DNA of 35,259 nt from Mesotaenium endlicherianum (Eukaryota): NCBI GenBank assembly GCA_009602735.1, contig WELA01000694.1:253501-288759 (forward strand). The letters are read 5' to 3'. Shown here piece by piece: positions 31,603 through 35,259 of the stretch. The notes beneath the pieces are model-generated. The model saw only the letters and a list, made by a program, of their open reading frames with translations, was not told where the DNA came from and made no database searches. Within the stretch, counting starts at the first letter, position 1, and every line of letters starts with the position of its first letter. The position numbers and the translations under genes are program-made.

Positions 31603-34600
31603 TCCAGTCTACTGACTGTGAGGATGCTAGAGATAGTGAGTCGTCACTAGCTGCCCTCGTAGCAGGTATTATGGGTCCTGCTGAACTGGATTCACTATGC
31701 ATGCCTGACAACCAGATAAAGGAGACCATCAGCAATATAGACGTCCAGAGAGTGCACACTCTGGATGCTCTTGTTCCACCTGATGTCCAACATTTCTTTG
31801 CTACGTCAGGAGAACAATGCGAAAGTCAGGAAAAGACAGTCCCCCCTATCCTACTGCATTGCATGATTGCAGGTAGGAAGGTGAGGGCATTTGTTGACGG
31901 AGGGGCGTCACATACTTTTATCCACAAGGACTTAGTTAAGCGGCTAAGGCTGCCTACTGTCACCCAAGGGAATAGAAAAATATTCCTTGGAGATGCCTCA
32001 AGTATCCCGGGAGGAGTTATAACCAAGCCTATTGAGGTCCAGTTAGGTTCTGGCATTGCAGTTCTAACTGAAACGCTTACATTTGAGGTACTCAACACTG
32101 GCTTTTATGATCTCGTGCTAGGCAGGTCCTGGCTTAATAGACATCAAGCTGAAGTGTGTTGGAGCAGAGGTACAGTTAAAGTGAGAGGAGCCAGTGATGG
32201 GCAGACTGACTTGGCACCCACCAGTGCTCTTCCTCTTGTCCTGTGTGGATGGCAAATGAAGGAAAAGAAGAGGCTTCCAGAAGGATGCAAGTTGCTGAAT
32301 GCAATGGAGTTTGTCAAAAGCTGGAACCAGAAGGAAGACAGAATGTTCTGTCTGCTGCTAAGAGAGGTACCTCCTCAACCTGAAGAAGTGGTGGAGAAAA
32401 AGGTAAGCCCTCCGGAGCACCCTACTGCTGCAAACATTGTTGCTCAGTACACTGATGTGTTTAATATGCCTCCAGGACTACCCCCTAAGTGGGAAGTAGA
32501 TCATAGGATTGATCTATTACCTGGGAGTCAGCCACCTTGGCAACGCACGTATGGCTTGTCTTATGTGGAGAGCGAGGAGTTGAAAACACAAATTGCAGAG
32601 CTTGAGGAAAATGGTTATATTTCTCCCAGTAAATCACCTTACGGCGCACCCATCCTATTTGTTAAGAAAAAGGATGGCAGTATGCGGATGTGTGTGGATT
32701 ACAGAGCCCTGAACAGAATTACAGTAAAGAACAAGTATGCTTTACCCAGAATCGAGGACTTGCTTGATACCCTGTTTGGTGCTAAGGTGTTCAGTAAGAT
32801 AGATCTCAAGAGTGGTTATCATCAAATCAGAATTGCTGAGGGGGATGAACACAAGACTGCCTTCCGCACACGTTATGGACACTATGAGTTCAACGTGATG
32901 CCATTTGGACTGACTAATGCTCCTGCTACCTTCATGGGTGCTATGAATGACATTTTCAGACCTTATTTGGATAAGTTTGTGCAAGTTTTCCTAGATAATA
33001 TTTTAATTTTCTCTAAAGATGAAGCTCAGCATACTGAACACTTAAAAACAGTCCTGGACACGCTGCGGAAAAATCACTTATATGCTAAAATGAGCAAGTG
33101 TGATTTCTTTAAGATAAGTATTGAATTCTTAGGCCACGTTGTCAATAAAGAGGGCATCAGTGTGGATCCTAAGAAAGTCCAGACCATAAGGGACTGGCCA
33201 GTACCACAGTCTGTCTCTGAAGCTAGATCCTTCCTCGGGTTGGCTAACTACTATAGGAGATTTATTGAGAACTATTCCACAAAGGCCAGTAAATTGACTG
33301 ACCTTACTAAGAAAGACATCGGGTATGTGTGGGGAGAAGAGCAGCAGGCTGCATTCCAGACCCTTAAAGATGCCCTTTGTTCTGCCCCAGTACTAGCCGT
33401 GTATGACCCCAGCAAACCGGTGCAGGTGGTTACTGATGCCTCTGATTTTGCCATGGGTGCTATTTTGTTGCAGCCTGCTGACAAAACCACAAAGGATGGT
33501 AAGGTACGGCAGGAGTGGCATCCTGTGTTGTATGAGTCTATGAAATTTAATCCAGCGGAGATTAATTACTCAGTGCATGATAAAGAGCTGCTAGCTATCA
33601 TTCATGTACTCAAACAGTGGAGAGCATACTTACATGGTAAAGCTTTTAAGGTGATTACAGATCATCTAGCTCTGACCCACTTTCAGAAGAAGTCCAAGCT
33701 GTCGAGGAGGGAGAACCGCTGGAGCCAGATGCTGGAGTTGTTCCAAGTCCAGATCGACTACAAACCAGGGAAGTTGAATCCTGTTGATGCACTCTCTAAA
33801 GACCTGACTTGCAAGAAAGGAACTTTAGTCAGCATGCTGTAGGTAAAGTCCTGTGTGCACTGACTTCATTAAAGGCGAAAAAGTCCTTCCTAGAACAACT
33901 TAGGAAAGCCTACCTTTCTGACCCAACATTTGAGCCCAGCCCCACTACTGGTGTGTGTTGTGCTACTGCACTCGGGTATAAGCTTAAGGGAGGGGTCTGG
34001 GTGACTGAAACCACTTCAGACAGGCTGAAGCTGGTGATTCCTAATAACTTGGAAATAAGGTCTCTCATACTGAGTCAAGCTCATGACAGTCTCCTGGGTG
34101 GACATTTGGGGCAGGCCAAAACTGTTGGCAAACTGGCAAAACATTATCATTGGGAGGGGTTACCCCGGGAGGTCTTGAAATATGTCAAGTCTTGTGACCA
34201 GTGTCAGAGATATAAGTCTCGGCACACACCACCCAGAGGTCTCTTGCAACCACTGCCCATCCCAGCTGGACGCTGGGAAACTATATCCATGGACTGGGTG
34301 GTNNNNNNNNNNNNNNNNNNNNNNNNNNNNNNNNNNNNNNNNNNNNNNNNNNNNNNNNNNNNNNNNNNNNNNNNNNNNNNNNNNNNNNNNNNNNNNNNNN
34401 NNNNNNNNNNNNNNNNNNNNNNNNNNNNNNNNNNNNNNNNNNNNNNNNNNNNNNNNNNNNNNNNNNNNNNNNNNNNNNNNNNNNNNNNNNNNNNNNACCT
34501 TCTAATATNNNNNNNNNNNNNNNNNNNNNNNNNNNNNNNNNNNNNNNNNNNNNNNNNNNNNNNNNNNNNNNNNNNNNNNNNNNNNNNNNNNNNNNNNNNN

Positions 34601-35259
34601 NNNNNNNNNNNNNNNNNNNNNNNNNNNNNCCACCCTCAGACTGATGGGCAGACTGAAAGAACTTATCGAGTTCCGCAGGAGGTGCTGAGAGCATATATTA
34701 ACCAAAAACAAGATAAATGGGATGACCTGTTGCCTCAAATTCAGTTTGCGGTCAACAGTGCGGTGCACGCGTCAACGAGCAAGACTCCTTTTGAACTCAG
34801 CCTGGGTAGAGTCCCTAAGTCTCCTCTAGATGTGCTAGGGGAATCTTTAACTCACCCTGAAGGGATTGACAACCCGGTCTCCCTCCAGTTAACTCAGGAG
34901 TTTGCTGGCACCCTGTCAGAAGTCCAACGAAACCTGCACAAGGCCCAAGAAAACCAACAAAAATACGCTAATCAACACCGTCGGGAGCTGACATTTTCCA
35001 AGGGGGATTTAGTCAAACTGCATTCTCAGCACCTGTACCTCCCTGGTGTGGTCAAGAAAAAGCTTGGCCCTGTCTGGGTCGGTCCATATTCGGTAGTACG
35101 TCGTGTCGGTCAAAATGCTTACAAACTGAACATGTCAGCTGACTACAAGGGGCACCCGGTCTTTAATGTCTCCTTCCTGGAACCATACATCAAAGGTGAT
35201 ACACTGTTCACAGGTCGGTTACCTGTCCAACCGGGACCGGTCCCCGCTGTCCGGGACGG
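31578..35259 (+). pseudogene. pol: Element D pol in the -1 frame; RT active-site change and one frameshift near 33,800
   Basis: FVDGGA protease; [47 protein letters not shown]; after the shift HDSLLGGH..CDQC, ISMDWV, HPQTDGQTER, GPY..AYKL..HPVFNVSFLEPY. Confidence 0.93.

Larger units (their letters stand above)
29380..35259 (+). mobile_element. Element D: near-intact Ty3/gypsy LTR retrotransposon, truncated by the right window edge
   Basis: 5' LTR, PBS, intact gag, pol with PR-RT-RH-INT and GPY module; two N gaps inside integrase. Confidence 0.95.

Noticed and set aside
34182..34768. ORFs spanning N runs
   Set aside because: Gap artefacts; the real integrase frame is a different one.

Overview
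Eukaryotic, green-plant-type genomic DNA in two sharply different halves; a streptophyte alga is plausible, but that is inference. Bases 1-~14,100 are GC-rich and hold one minus-strand, multi-exon gene that I recognise as an FBL17-like F-box/LRR protein (N-terminal RGSYxCxRCGQPKxGHVC motif, F-box, FBL17-type LRRs). My 14-exon model is phase-consistent and gives ~1,455 aa inside the window, with very large low-complexity insertions; the 3' end runs off the left edge. Two E2F-type sites lie upstream. Bases ~14,400-35,259 are AT-richer and form a nest of Ty3/gypsy LTR retrotransposons whose order can be read from target-site duplications (TSDs). Solo LTR B (TSD GCCTC) is interrupted by a full-length decayed chromovirus A (TSD TTGCT), whose integrase is interrupted by an inverted solo LTR C of the same family as B (TSD AGCAG). 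Further right are an LTR fragment, a decayed pol (E), and a nearly intact element D inserted into E and running off the right edge. A and D both show canonical -1 frameshift cassettes at the gag/pol junction. I found no CRISPR, rRNA or tRNA genes and no clearly unprecedented system; the best leads are cis-elements in the LTRs, the frameshift signals and the expanded FBL17. All alignments were done by eye.
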